Below, piece after piece: positions 1 through 9,628 of a stretch of 64,000 nucleotides of DNA. The stretch covers positions 52,013 through 116,012 of the IMG/VR virus record IMGVR_UViG_3300021400_000045, one strand, 5' to 3'. Every line of letters starts with the position of its first letter. The first letter of the stretch is position 1. The stretch is from a virus. Its lineage: Duplodnaviria; Caudoviricetes. The position numbers and the translations under genes were made by a program. The notes under the pieces are model-generated. The model did no database searches and was not told where the DNA came from. It saw nothing but the letters and a program-made list of their open reading frames with translations.

Positions 1-622
1 GGGCAAACCACTCATCGCTGGGACAGACACCCACTCTTCCACACCGTACAAGGCAGAGTGCCGCGACCTGCTGATGCTTGCCAAGGGCAAGTCCTTCCCC
101 GATGAGGAGACATTCGACCTGACCTACAAGACCTACGATGAGCTGGTGGCAGCCTACGAGAAGCAGGCCGCGCTCCCCCGTGATGTCTACCTTCAGGCGC
201 TGGAGAACACCAATGTCATGGCGGCAAGCGTAGAAGAGTTTACAGTGGACAGGAGCAATAAGTATCCCATCTCCTATGGCTCCGCCGAAGAGGATGTGCG
301 GAGGTACAGAGAACTGACCTGGCAGATGTTTGAGGATAAGCTGAAGAACGGTGTGATACCGAGGAGCCAGGAAGATGCGTTCAGGAAGGCGATAGAAGAG
401 GAGCTCGCTACGTTTGAAAAGCTTGGCATGTGCGGCTTCATGCTGTCAGAGAGCGAGCTCATTCAGTGGTGCCATGCCAACGGCATTCCGACCGGCCCTG
501 CCCGTGGTTCTGTCGGCGGTTCGCGGGTAGCCTATGTCACGGACATTATCGATATGAACCCAGAAGACTACGGCACGATTTTCAGCAGGTTCTGTAACGA
601 AAATCGTGTAGAAATCGGTGAT
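1..622 (+). CDS. dnaE: DNA polymerase III alpha subunit, exon 1 (5' end outside the window)
   Basis: The frame is open from base 2 (GKPLIAGTDTHS, PHP-domain motif) and contains GPARGSVGGS and FSRF..ENR. It ends EIGD at 622, just before an in-frame TAA. Confidence 0.92.
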
Positions 623-947
623 TAACCTTGGTCACCCTTTGCAGTAATGCATCGAAAATAAGCTGGTGAACCAACACATGTTGGGTGTGCGGCAATTGCC
701 GTGCTAACGGTGAAAGCTAAACCGAGAGGCATGCTAATACCGTGGTAAGCCTTTGGGAAAGGAGGTAACCATAAGGTTAGCTGTGGTTATCGGCTTATTA
801 AGCTTCCGAAGGAAACTGTAACGACTATCCAGACAGGAGTAGCGTAACGGTGAAATTCCGTTATGTGAAGCGCCAGCCTCCGCAACTATGCGGATGAAGA
901 TATAGTCTACTCCCCTAATAAATATCGGGAAACCGAGGGTATAAAGG
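623..947 (+). ncRNA. Group I self-splicing intron, ORF-less, 325 nt, in dnaE
   Basis: P1: exon GGTGAT pairs with intron GTCACC, with a U.G wobble at the splice site. P7 elements ACGACTATC and AAGATATAGTCT are present. The intron ends in G947. Removal restores the in-frame catalytic motif GD|IDTD. Confidence 0.9.
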
Positions 948-2960
948 ATTGACACAGACCTGATCGACACCGATAGGACGAAGGTATTCCAGCATATCAT
1001 TGAAAAGTTCGGCGAGCGCAAGACGGCCCGTGTTTCGGCCTATGGCACGGTCGCTGACAAGGGCGTGATCGACGACATCTGCCGTGGTCTCAAGACACGC
1101 TGGGTGAAGGAAAACCGGAAAGACCTGAACCCCAAGACATTCAAGGATGAGATGATTCCCGAGTGCCCGTTCACACTAAAATCGGCGGATAAAATCAAGG
1201 CCGAGTATATGAGCAACCAGACAGCCGCCAGGCAGAAATATCCCGACGTCTTCTACTACTTCGATGGCACGGTCAACACCATCGTCAGCCAGTCCATCCA
1301 CGCCGCAGGCATCGTCATCTCTCCGGTCACCCTGGACGACAACTACGGCACGTTCTGGAATAACGGTGAGCACTGCCTCCTGCTCGATATGGATGAGGCT
1401 CACGACGTGGGCATGTGCAAGTATGACATGCTGATCCTGACGAACGTGAAGATCATCGCCGATACCTACAAAGCGCTGGGGAAACCGTTCCCTAAAACGC
1501 ACGAAATCGACTTCAATGATCAGGCTGTATGGGAAGACATGCGTCGAAGCCCTTACGGCATCTTCCAAATGGAGAGCTCGCTTGGGTACAACTCCCTGTG
1601 CAAGATGAAACCGACCAGCATCAAAGAGATGGCGTTGTTGACTGCGTCAATCCGTCCGTCTGGAGCGTCATACAGGGACGATGTGTTTGCCCGAAAGGTA
1701 CACGCCAACCCCACCAAGGAGATGGACGAACTCTTTAAGGACAACTTCGGCTTCTGCGTCTATCAGGAGGACATCCTGCGTGCTCTGATCGAGCTTTGCG
1801 GATTCAGCGGCAGTCAGGCAGACACAGTGCGGCGAGATATCGCAAAGAAGAATCCTGAGAAGGTCGCCAAGGATATCGTACTAATCAAACAGGGATATAT
1901 CGAGCGTTCCAATAAACCGATGGAAGAGGCCGAACGCGATGTGGCAGACCTGCTTCAGGTCATTCAGGACGCCAGTGGGTACTCCTTTAATAGCTCGCAC
2001 GCAGTCGCATATTCCATTGTGGGCTTCATGTGCGCCTATTGCCGCTACTACCACCCCCTTGAGTTCTGTACCGCCTACCTGAACGGTGCTCACTCACAGG
2101 ACGATATCGCCCACGGCACACTGCTGGCACAGCTTTATGGCATCAAGGTGGCGTCGCCAACCTTCGGCCACTCCAGCAGTGAGTACACCTTTGACAGGGC
2201 TACCAATACCATCTATCAGGGGCTGGAGTCAGTCAAGGATCTGTCGTCAGGTATCGGCGAGAAGCTGGCAGAGGTGGAGAGCACCTTTGCTCCTACCGGC
2301 AAAAACCGTTTTATGGACGTCGTCTGGGCGCTGAAACTTGCCGGTATCGGCAATAAGCAGATCGAGATACTGATCAGCATCGGGTACTTCAAGGATTTCG
2401 GCAACCCCAACAAATTACAGAAAATATTTGAGATCGCGTCCATGCTCAAGTTCGGCGAGCTGACCTGGCTCTCCAACGAGAAGAAGATCACAATCTTCGG
2501 GAGCCGCGACGATGAGGTTTCCCAGTATGCCGAGCGCAGGACGGAGAAGAACTGGCGCGTTAAGGATGGCAAAGGCCTGATCGGTCTGGTCGAGGATATT
2601 ATCCAGAAGCAGGACATCCAGCCGCCCGCCCTCAGTGACAGGCTCGCAACGTGGAAGGAATACCTGGGCTACGTCCCAGCGCTGGGCAGCAACTACCGCT
2701 CACTGCTCTATGTCTCCGAGCCTCCGCGCCCGCTATATGCCAAGAAGTCGGGTAAGCTCTGGGCGTACAGCGTTATGGCAATTTCGCTCAGAACTGCCGA
2801 AGTGCATGAGTGGACGATCCCCAGAGAGATGTACGTACACAACGTTCGCGAGGGCGATCTCCTGCGCGTCATCGGTGGTAAGAACGGGTATATGAAGAAA
2901 GAGTACATGGGCGTGATGCGATATCATCTGCTCGACTATCAAATCGTAGATAACTTATAA
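948..2960 (+). CDS. dnaE: DNA polymerase III alpha subunit, exon 2
   Basis: Begins IDTD at 948, in frame with the 1065..2960 ORF. Contains SIHAAGIVIS, KYDML, GIFQME, VYQED and YSFNSSHAVAYS. Confidence 0.92.
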   Translation: MDTDLIDTDRTKVFQHIIEKFGERKTARVSAYGTVADKGVIDDICRGLKTRWVKENRKDLNPKTFKDEMIPECPFTLKSADKIKAEYMSNQTAARQKYPDVFYYFDGTVNTIVSQSIHAAGIVISPVTLDDNYGTFWNNGEHCLLLDMDEAHDVGMCKYDMLILTNVKIIADTYKALGKPFPKTHEIDFNDQAVWEDMRRSPYGIFQMESSLGYNSLCKMKPTSIKEMALLTASIRPSGASYRDDVFARKVHANPTKEMDELFKDNFGFCVYQEDILRALIELCGFSGSQADTVRRDIAKKNPEKVAKDIVLIKQGYIERSNKPMEEAERDVADLLQVIQDASGYSFNSSHAVAYSIVGFMCAYCRYYHPLEFCTAYLNGAHSQDDIAHGTLLAQLYGIKVASPTFGHSSSEYTFDRATNTIYQGLESVKDLSSGIGEKLAEVESTFAPTGKNRFMDVVWALKLAGIGNKQIEILISIGYFKDFGNPNKLQKIFEIASMLKFGELTWLSNEKKITIFGSRDDEVSQYAERRTEKNWRVKDGKGLIGLVEDIIQKQDIQPPALSDRLATWKEYLGYVPALGSNYRSLLYVSEPPRPLYAKKSGKLWAYSVMAISLRTAEVHEWTIPREMYVHNVREGDLLRVIGGKNGYMKKEYMGVMRYHLLDYQIVDNL

Positions 2961-2964
2961 GGAG

Positions 2965-3177
2965 ATGGTGCCTATGCAGAGCCAGCGGGCAAGCCCTACT
3001 ATCCAATCCCTGAAAGCCGAGATCAAACGGCACGAAGCGCTGGAGCGCAAGCTGTTTGAGGTGCTGGTCTGTGTCCCCATCCGAAAGACGACAGACATAT
3101 ATGAGGAGCTCTGGAACTACGCAGAAGAACAGTCCGGCCTTGTGCCTGACGAGGAGGAATTCTATGACGACTATTGA
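2965..3177 (+). CDS. Hypothetical protein (70 aa)
   Basis: Tightly packed in the operon, with an upstream GGAG ribosome-binding site. Confidence 0.6.
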   Translation: MVPMQSQRASPTIQSLKAEIKRHEALERKLFEVLVCVPIRKTTDIYEELWNYAEEQSGLVPDEEEFYDDY

Positions 3178-3188
3178 GGTGATTATGT

Positions 3189-3896
3189 ATGATCAACGGC
3201 AAGCTCTATATCGGCGCTGACAACATCGCAAACGGTTGGTTCACGGCACGCAACATAAAGCCCGACGGCCACCGCAACAAGCTCCGCGTCGCCGCCAACG
3301 GCCAGAGCGTTTACTACGATCTCAGTCTCTACGGCGTTGACGGGGAGGAGACCTTTCCCCTTCAGTTCGGCGACGGGCGCTATACGGTGGAGCTTTACCG
3401 CAACACCAGCGGCTCGCGCTATGCCGTCATCGGCAAGGTGAACCTGAACGTCAAACTGTCCAGCCCCACAGCACCTTACCTCCACCCGAACCAGTACGTC
3501 GACTATACGTCTGAGTCCCCTTGCACCCTCAAGGCGGCGGAGCTGTGCAAAAATTGCACCTCGAGTGCCGAGCGCGTGACACAGGTCAGGAAATGGATAG
3601 AGTCCACTATCGTGTACGACTTTGTCAAAGCCGCCGTCGTGGGCAAGAGCGTCCTGCCTGATATCGACGACTGCTTCCGGCGGCACATGGGCATCTGCCA
3701 GGATATCGCCGCGCTGATGGTAGCCATGCTCCGGTCTCAGGGCATTCCGGCCTCGCTGGTCATCGGGTACGCTGACACCAAGTATCACGCCTGGGTCAGG
3801 GTATATATCGACGACGAGGTCAGGACGTATGACCCGTCCGCAACCATCATCCACAAGAAAAACGTGAAGAAGTACACCGCCCAGCGGTGGTATTGA
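3189..3896 (+). CDS. Transglutaminase-like (cysteine protease fold) protein
   Basis: Catalytic triad motifs GICQDIA, HAW and YDP. Confidence 0.8.
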   Translation: MINGKLYIGADNIANGWFTARNIKPDGHRNKLRVAANGQSVYYDLSLYGVDGEETFPLQFGDGRYTVELYRNTSGSRYAVIGKVNLNVKLSSPTAPYLHPNQYVDYTSESPCTLKAAELCKNCTSSAERVTQVRKWIESTIVYDFVKAAVVGKSVLPDIDDCFRRHMGICQDIAALMVAMLRSQGIPASLVIGYADTKYHAWVRVYIDDEVRTYDPSATIIHKKNVKKYTAQRWY

Positions 3897-3908
3897 TCGG
3901 AGGTTTGT

Positions 3909-4583
3909 ATGCAAGTAGAACTGCTTTCCCACACCATTGACCCGTTGTTTACCTGTGAAGAAGCGGCATGCGAGTGCTACGACTCCGTGCCGGACATCGA
4001 ACATCCTACGCGCATCCTCAGTGCGTGTATCAAAAGCGGGCATCAGTCCGTCGCCGAACACGCCACATTTACCTTCAAGATCAGTGGCATCAGCCGCGCC
4101 TGTCTGGCCCAGCTTACGCGCCACCGTCTCGCGGCGTTCTCCGTGCGCTCCCAGCGCTACTGCAAAGAGGATGATTTCGGCTACGTCACGCCGCAAACCA
4201 TCGCTGACAACCCCGACGCCGCAGAGATCTACCATGAGCTGATGAACACCATCAGCCACGCCTATACCTATCTCACGGACAAGTGCGGTATCCCCAATGA
4301 GGATGCCCGCTTCGTGCTTCCCAACGCCTGTGAGACATCGCTGACCATGACCGTCAACCTGCGCGAGCTCATCCACATCTGCCACGAACGCCTGTGCAAC
4401 CGCGCCCAGTGGGAGATCAGTGAGCTGGTACAGCGTATGGCAAATTGCGTGACTGATGTTGTCCCAGAAGCAGAGGTCTGGCTGGTGCCCAAGTGCGAGA
4501 CAAACCCAGACTATCCCTTCTGCCCGGAGCGCAACAGCTGCGGTCGCCATCGCAAACTTTCGGAGGTGTACGAAGATGAGTGA
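3909..4583 (+). CDS. thyX: FAD-dependent thymidylate synthase
   Basis: GHQSVAEH, QLTRHR..FSVRSQRY, EDARFVLP and AQWEI motifs. Confidence 0.95.
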   Translation: MQVELLSHTIDPLFTCEEAACECYDSVPDIEHPTRILSACIKSGHQSVAEHATFTFKISGISRACLAQLTRHRLAAFSVRSQRYCKEDDFGYVTPQTIADNPDAAEIYHELMNTISHAYTYLTDKCGIPNEDARFVLPNACETSLTMTVNLRELIHICHERLCNRAQWEISELVQRMANCVTDVVPEAEVWLVPKCETNPDYPFCPERNSCGRHRKLSEVYEDE

Positions 4584-5028
4584 TGCTGTCAACCATCCCG
4601 CCTATTACAATCGCGGGAGCGTGGAAGTGATCGATTTTATTGAGGACTGGAGACTCGACTTTTCAATGGGCTCCTTCGTCAAGTATATCAGCCGCGCCGG
4701 TCATAAGAAAGACGCCGTCGAAGACCTGAAGAAGGCAAAGTGGTATATCTGCCGCTTTGTGGATCATCCGTCTGAGCCAATGCCTGATGAGTGGGGTACA
4801 TATGACTGGCGTGAGTTCGCAGAGTCCCAGGGATGTGATCCGGAGCTCTGTGTGGCTATGGATATCGCGCACAAGATCTATCGCGGCGACGACGCGTGGT
4901 GGCTCCGTCTGAATGACGTGACCGCCCTAATCGACGTGTGCATTGCTCGGTATGAGCATCCACAAAACAAAGAACGCTATAAAAATATTGAGCACGGTGT
5001 GCTCGAAATGGGGAGTGATAACAAATGA
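4576..5028 (+). CDS. DUF3310-family protein
   Basis: MSDAVNHPAYY..EVIDFIE..KYISRAGHK..EDLKKAKWY signature. The true start is probably the ATG at 4576. Confidence 0.8.
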   Translation: MSDAVNHPAYYNRGSVEVIDFIEDWRLDFSMGSFVKYISRAGHKKDAVEDLKKAKWYICRFVDHPSEPMPDEWGTYDWREFAESQGCDPELCVAMDIAHKIYRGDDAWWLRLNDVTALIDVCIARYEHPQNKERYKNIEHGVLEMGSDNK

Positions 5029-5228
5029 GTTACAAACTGTATGGTCTTCATGGGTGCGGTATGTGCTCCGCGCTCGAGCAGCGCATGAAGGTTAAGAAAA
5101 TTCCTTATGAAAAGATTGAGGATATGGAGCAGATTAGGGCGCTGAACCTCGATAGCATCCCGGCGCTTGACGCTGGTGGCAAAATTATGTATTTCCCCGA
5201 AGCAGTGAAATTTCTTCAAAACGCATAA
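5025..5228 (+). CDS. Glutaredoxin/NrdH-like redoxin
   Basis: CGMC motif and SIP motif; lies next to the ribonucleotide reductase genes. Confidence 0.7.
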   Translation: MSYKLYGLHGCGMCSALEQRMKVKKIPYEKIEDMEQIRALNLDSIPALDAGGKIMYFPEAVKFLQNA

Positions 5229-5240
5229 TTTTCAGAAAGG

Positions 5241-6677
5241 ATGATTCAACAAATGGTTCCCGATAAATACGAAAGATACAGAGCTGATTTGAATTTTATC
5301 AAGAAATACAGCAAGGCCGTCAATGCCGCTACTGGCAGCGAGGTCGATGCCAATTCCAATGTCAGCAACAAGAATATCGCCACGATGGCCACGGAGATTC
5401 ACAAGAAGGCCAACATCTACGCCAATCGTCTGGCGATGCACGACAAAATCAAAGAGCTTTACGGCGAAGATCTCGCCGATGAATATATCAGACAGCTTGA
5501 AAACCACGAGATATATAGACACGACGAGAGCGGCACGCCGATTGGAACGCCCTACTGCATCAGTATTACTATGTACCCGTTCCTGCTTAACGGTCTTAGT
5601 ACTCTCGGCGGTTCCAGCACGGCTCCTAAGAACCTTGACTCTTTCTGCGGCGGTTTCTGCAACCTGGTGTTCCTGATTGCGGCGCAGTTCGCTGGGGCTG
5701 TGGCAACTCCAGAATGGCTGGCGTATATGTCTTACTTCCTGATCAAAGAATACGGTGAAGATTACTACAAACGCGCAGACGAGGTTGTAGAACTCGGCAA
5801 TCATCCGCGTACGATCAAGGATATCATTCATGCGAAGTTCCAACAGGTAGTTTATACGCTTAATCAGCCCGCCGCCGCTCGTGGAAGTCAATCAGTCTTC
5901 TGGAACGTGGCCGTGTTCGATGAACCATATTTCAAGAGCCTGTTTGAAACATTCTACTTCCCGGACGGTACGGCGATGGTCGATATCTGGGACTCTGTCA
6001 ATTGGCTTCAGAAGACATTTATGAAATGGCTGAACCACGAGCGCACAAAGAAAGTAATCACCTTTCCTGTTCTCAGTGCAAGCCTTTTAAACGATGGAGA
6101 GAAGTATGTCGATCAAGAAATGGCCGACTGGGTGGCTCAGATGTATTCCGAGGGAGATAGCTTTTTTACCTATACGAGCAATTCTGTTGATAGTCTGTCA
6201 AGCTGCTGCCGCTTGAAATCCGAGATCCATGAGAACACCTTCAGCTACACTCTCGGCGCTGGCGGCGTTGCCACTGGCTCCAAGTGTGTTATGACGATGA
6301 ACCTGAACCGCCTGGTGCAGAACGTTGCACGGGCTAACCCTGAATGCATTGGCGATGAACTGTTCCCGAAAATCTCTGAAGCTGTAGCCATCCAGACAGA
6401 AAAGATCCACAAGTACCTGACTGCCTTTAACGAGATCCTCAAAGAGATGCTCGCCAACCATATGCTTCCTGTATATGAGGCTGAGTACATTTCTCTTGAA
6501 AAGCAGTATCTCACAGTCGGCACGAACGGTCTGAATGAGGCAGCTGAGTTCCTTGGCATCGAGATTTCTGACAACCAGCTTTACCGTGACTTCGTCGAGG
6601 CTGTCTTCCGTCCAATCTCCGAGATCGATAAGAGGGACAAGACGAAGGAAATTATGTGGAATACAGAACAAGTGCCT
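5241..6677 (+). CDS. nrdD: Anaerobic ribonucleoside-triphosphate reductase, exon 1
   Basis: YRHDE, PYC, TFPV and SSCCRL motifs; ends TEQVP. Confidence 0.93.
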
Positions 6678-7547
6678 CGCCACTAATCTCAAGTGGGCAC
6701 TATAAACCCGATCTAATTGACTTGGAACTCCCTCTGGGACAACAAGGGGCAAGCGTAATGGTAGCCTGAACGACTAAATGATTGGGCACACGAAAGTGTG
6801 ATGCGATAGTCTGAACTGCATGGCAACATGCAGAGGCGCGATCAGGTGTATCCAGACACCTTTGGAAGAACCGCGCCCGTCTGATAATTATTATTCCATA
6901 TAGAAGGAGGTGATATATATTGAAATGTAATTACTGCGACAGAACGGATAATGATTGCAGAATCCGTAGATTGCATGGCGAATATCTTTGCCCTAAACAT
7001 TACTCGCGTCTCTATAGAAAAAGTGATATGCATGGCAGAAGTATATACGATGCTAATGATTATGTTTTATATGACGATCACGCAGAGATAATCTTGAGAG
7101 ACAAGAAGTGCAATGAGGTGGCACGAGCGATTATTGATCTTGATGACGTAGAAAAATGCAAGCAGTATAAGTGGCATGCAAGAAAAAGTCTGAACCACAA
7201 AGGCTACTATGTTATTGCATCATTGCACGGACAAAACAATGAAAAGCTTCACCTGCACAGACTTATACTTGATTATTACGGCGAATTAGACGTAGATCAT
7301 ATAAATAGAAATTCATTGGATAATCGTAAGTGTAATTTAAGGGCAGTAGACCATAGTACTAATGCTGCCAACAATAATCATACTGGTGTTAGGCAGGCTC
7401 CTAGCGGCAGATGGACGGCGTCTTGTACTCGAAATTATAAATCAATATATATCGGTACTTTCGATACTCAAGAAGAGGCGCTTGCAGCACGCAGAAGCTT
7501 TGTTGCGGCACTCGCATCATAAACAATTATCAGATGGTAACAGATTG
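6678..7547 (+). ncRNA. Group I intron in nrdD (870 nt) carrying a homing endonuclease
   Basis: P1: GTGCCT pairs with GGGCAC (U.G). P7: ACGACTA pairs with ATAGTCT. Ends in G7547. The stem CCGTCTGATAATT / AATTATCAGATGG closes around the ORF. Splicing restores VP|AENL in frame. Confidence 0.9.
6920..7522 (+). CDS. HNH homing endonuclease with C-terminal AP2-like domain (intron-encoded)
   Basis: LHRLI..VDHINRNSLDNRKCNLR (HNH) and GV..RW.A..IGTFDTQEEA (AP2). AGGAGG ribosome-binding site and TTG start. AT-rich. Confidence 0.9.
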   Translation: MKCNYCDRTDNDCRIRRLHGEYLCPKHYSRLYRKSDMHGRSIYDANDYVLYDDHAEIILRDKKCNEVARAIIDLDDVEKCKQYKWHARKSLNHKGYYVIASLHGQNNEKLHLHRLILDYYGELDVDHINRNSLDNRKCNLRAVDHSTNAANNNHTGVRQAPSGRWTASCTRNYKSIYIGTFDTQEEALAARRSFVAALAS

Positions 7548-8018
7548 GCTGAGAACCTGGGGGTCAAAAATGCCTCATACGACAAGCGAGATGGCTATGT
7601 AGTCCCCCGCGATTGTTACAATTCTTATTTCTTCCTCTCCGAAGACACGACGCTCTCACCGATGGATAAGCTGAAGCTCCACGGCAGTGACTACACCAAG
7701 TACCTCGACGGTGGTTCTGCCTGTCACATCAATCTCTCGGAGCATCTGTCCAAGGAACAGTACAAATTCATTATGCAGAAGGCGATTGAATACGGGACAC
7801 CGTATTTCACCTTCAACATCCCCAACACTGTCTGCCGCGACTGTGGGCATATTTCCAAGCACTACCTTGACAAGTGCCCAAAGTGCGGTAGCGATAACGT
7901 TGACTATGCGACACGCGTCATCGGCTACCTGACTCTGATTTCCAAATGGTCTTTAGACCGCCAGAAAGAAGGTGCGAAGCGGTATTACGCCGGTGCAGAC
8001 AAGGTGAAAGTAGTATGA
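7548..8018 (+). CDS. nrdD: Anaerobic ribonucleoside-triphosphate reductase, exon 2
   Basis: AENLG, GGS..H, CxxC..CxxC zinc site and the TRVIGY glycyl-radical motif. Confidence 0.93.
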   Translation, partial: AENLGVKNASYDKRDGYVVPRDCYNSYFFLSEDTTLSPMDKLKLHGSDYTKYLDGGSACHINLSEHLSKEQYKFIMQKAIEYGTPYFTFNIPNTVCRDCGHISKHYLDKCPKCGSDNVDYATRVIGYLTLISKWSLDRQKEGAKRYYAGADKVKVV

Positions 8019-8512
8019 TCAAATACGTCAGTTATGCCGTGACGTTTGCTGAAGTCCCCGACGAGATCAGTCTGACTCTGGCCATCTCCAATTGCGGTGG
8101 TCATTGCCCAGGCTGTCACTCGCCGGAGCTCCGGCAGGATATCGGTCGTGACCTTGAGGCCGACCTCCCCGCCCTCCTGAAGAAGTACAAGGGCCAGATC
8201 ACCTGCGTCTGTTTCCTCGGCCAGGGCAACGACCCCGAAGCGCTCAAGGAGTGTCTTGAATACGTCAAGTATCACGGCCTCAAAACCTGTCTTTATACGG
8301 GTAGCGACAACTTCAGTCCCAATACTTCCCCGGCGTTCGGCTTTCTTGACTATATCAAGGTTGGGCCGTACATTGAGGGGCTTGGCGGGCTCGACAGCTC
8401 CACCACCAATCAGCGCATGTACAAGCGCTATTATAGCAAGAATATCGCCGGTGTCATCCTGCCCGATCAATGGCTTGACATCACGTCGGTGTTCCGTCGA
8501 AAAAAGCTATAA
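8015..8512 (+). CDS. nrdG: Anaerobic RNR activating protein (radical SAM)
   Basis: CxxxCxxC (CGGHCPGC), YIKVGPY and STTNQR motifs. The ATG at 8015 overlaps the nrdD stop. Confidence 0.9.
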   Translation: MIKYVSYAVTFAEVPDEISLTLAISNCGGHCPGCHSPELRQDIGRDLEADLPALLKKYKGQITCVCFLGQGNDPEALKECLEYVKYHGLKTCLYTGSDNFSPNTSPAFGFLDYIKVGPYIEGLGGLDSSTTNQRMYKRYYSKNIAGVILPDQWLDITSVFRRKKL

Positions 8513-8549
8513 GTTACCATTAACATGTGTGAACGCTAAGTTTGAGGAC

Positions 8550-8597
8550 ACAGTAAACGCACAGTAAAAGAATTTGAAACAGTAAACCGACAGTAAA
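8550..8597 (+). repeat. Four ACAGTAAA direct repeats (spacing 11, 18 and 11 bp)
   Basis: Copies start at 8550, 8561, 8579 and 8590, in the intergenic gap. Confidence 0.8.
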
Positions 8598-8609
8598 AGA
8601 GGTGAGACT

Positions 8610-9176
8610 ATGCATAAACCCAACCCGACCGCCATCTACTATTCCAAGAACAAGACGCGATACGACTACCCCAGCCGCAGCTACATCTGCCGCGAGGGCG
8701 AAAACGGGACGCTCTGGTCAATGGGCACTTACCCTACCAAGATCAGACCCAAAGACCTGCCCGACTATTACATATATGTTTACCTATACGGCGGTTACAA
8801 GTACCTCCGCGCCACTCATGTCAAGGATATGATCTACAAGCCAAACATGTGGGTCAATCATTTCCTGAAGGACGACGTACTGTACATCTCCTATAACAAG
8901 CCGCTTGAAATGGTAGACACCAAGTGGGGCGGCAAGACCTGTGAGAACTACGATATCGCCCTGTTCGGCAATGATATCCTGATCTTCGTGGCGGCGGCCA
9001 AGTACTATTCCCATTACGACACAGCCGAGATCGAGCAGGCCATCAAGGACAAGTGGGAGCATTTCTGCAAGACCCACCCCGAAGAGCTTGAGCACTGGGC
9101 CAATAAGGACTGGCACTATGATCCGGCTGAATACGACGAGAAAGTGAGAGAGAACAAACTATGGCGCGGTACCTGA
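8610..9176 (+). CDS. Hypothetical protein
   Basis: 188-aa ORF with a GAGGTG ribosome-binding site and codon usage like the rest of the operon. Confidence 0.7.
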   Translation: MHKPNPTAIYYSKNKTRYDYPSRSYICREGENGTLWSMGTYPTKIRPKDLPDYYIYVYLYGGYKYLRATHVKDMIYKPNMWVNHFLKDDVLYISYNKPLEMVDTKWGGKTCENYDIALFGNDILIFVAAAKYYSHYDTAEIEQAIKDKWEHFCKTHPEELEHWANKDWHYDPAEYDEKVRENKLWRGT

Positions 9177-9628
9177 AAAACGAACGGCAGAGCAAAGTCC
9201 TTGAGCTGATTGAAAAGTATGCCGTCCCCGACGCTGGCACACTCCAGCAGTTGCTGGCTGAAAACGGCTTCGTCTATGACGAGGCCACCATCTACCGTGA
9301 CATCACTGACCTGCATCTCGCCACCTCCGTACGCCCCGATGGCCGCATCGGCTTCGCGACGCCAGGTCAGATCGCCCACGAAAGTCTCGCCGAGCGCCTG
9401 TCCAAGCTGACCATTGAGGCCGCTATGCAGGTTGAGATGCTCAACATCTACGTCAAGATCCGCTGTATTCACGGCTGTGCGGAGGCGGTTGCCACATCCA
9501 TCAACGCGCTGACCCTTGATCAGGTCTTCTGTTGTGTGGTGGCGCGTGACGACGTGCTCATCATATGCCGTTCTGAGGACGACGCCAAGTTTGTATTCAA
9601 AATTCTGGAGAAGGTGATAAACCAATGA
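9161..9628 (+). CDS. argR: ArgR/AhrC-family regulator (divergent)
   Basis: N-terminal winged helix RQ..LELI...L..LL...GF...ATI.RD; C-terminal ArgR oligomerisation domain with A.DD.LIICR. Confidence 0.75.
   Translation: MARYLKNERQSKVLELIEKYAVPDAGTLQQLLAENGFVYDEATIYRDITDLHLATSVRPDGRIGFATPGQIAHESLAERLSKLTIEAAMQVEMLNIYVKIRCIHGCAEAVATSINALTLDQVFCCVVARDDVLIICRSEDDAKFVFKILEKVINQ

Noticed and set aside
623-947. dnaE pseudogene, split intein or stop-codon recoding
   Set aside because: Group I intron elements explain the break exactly. No intein motifs are seen, and other genes are full length under the standard code.
3183-4592. 469-aa minus-strand ORF
   Set aside because: Antisense shadow of the transglutaminase-like gene and thyX.
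8550-8597. Mini CRISPR array
   Set aside because: Repeats (8 bp) and spacers (3-10 bp) are far too short, and no cas genes are present.
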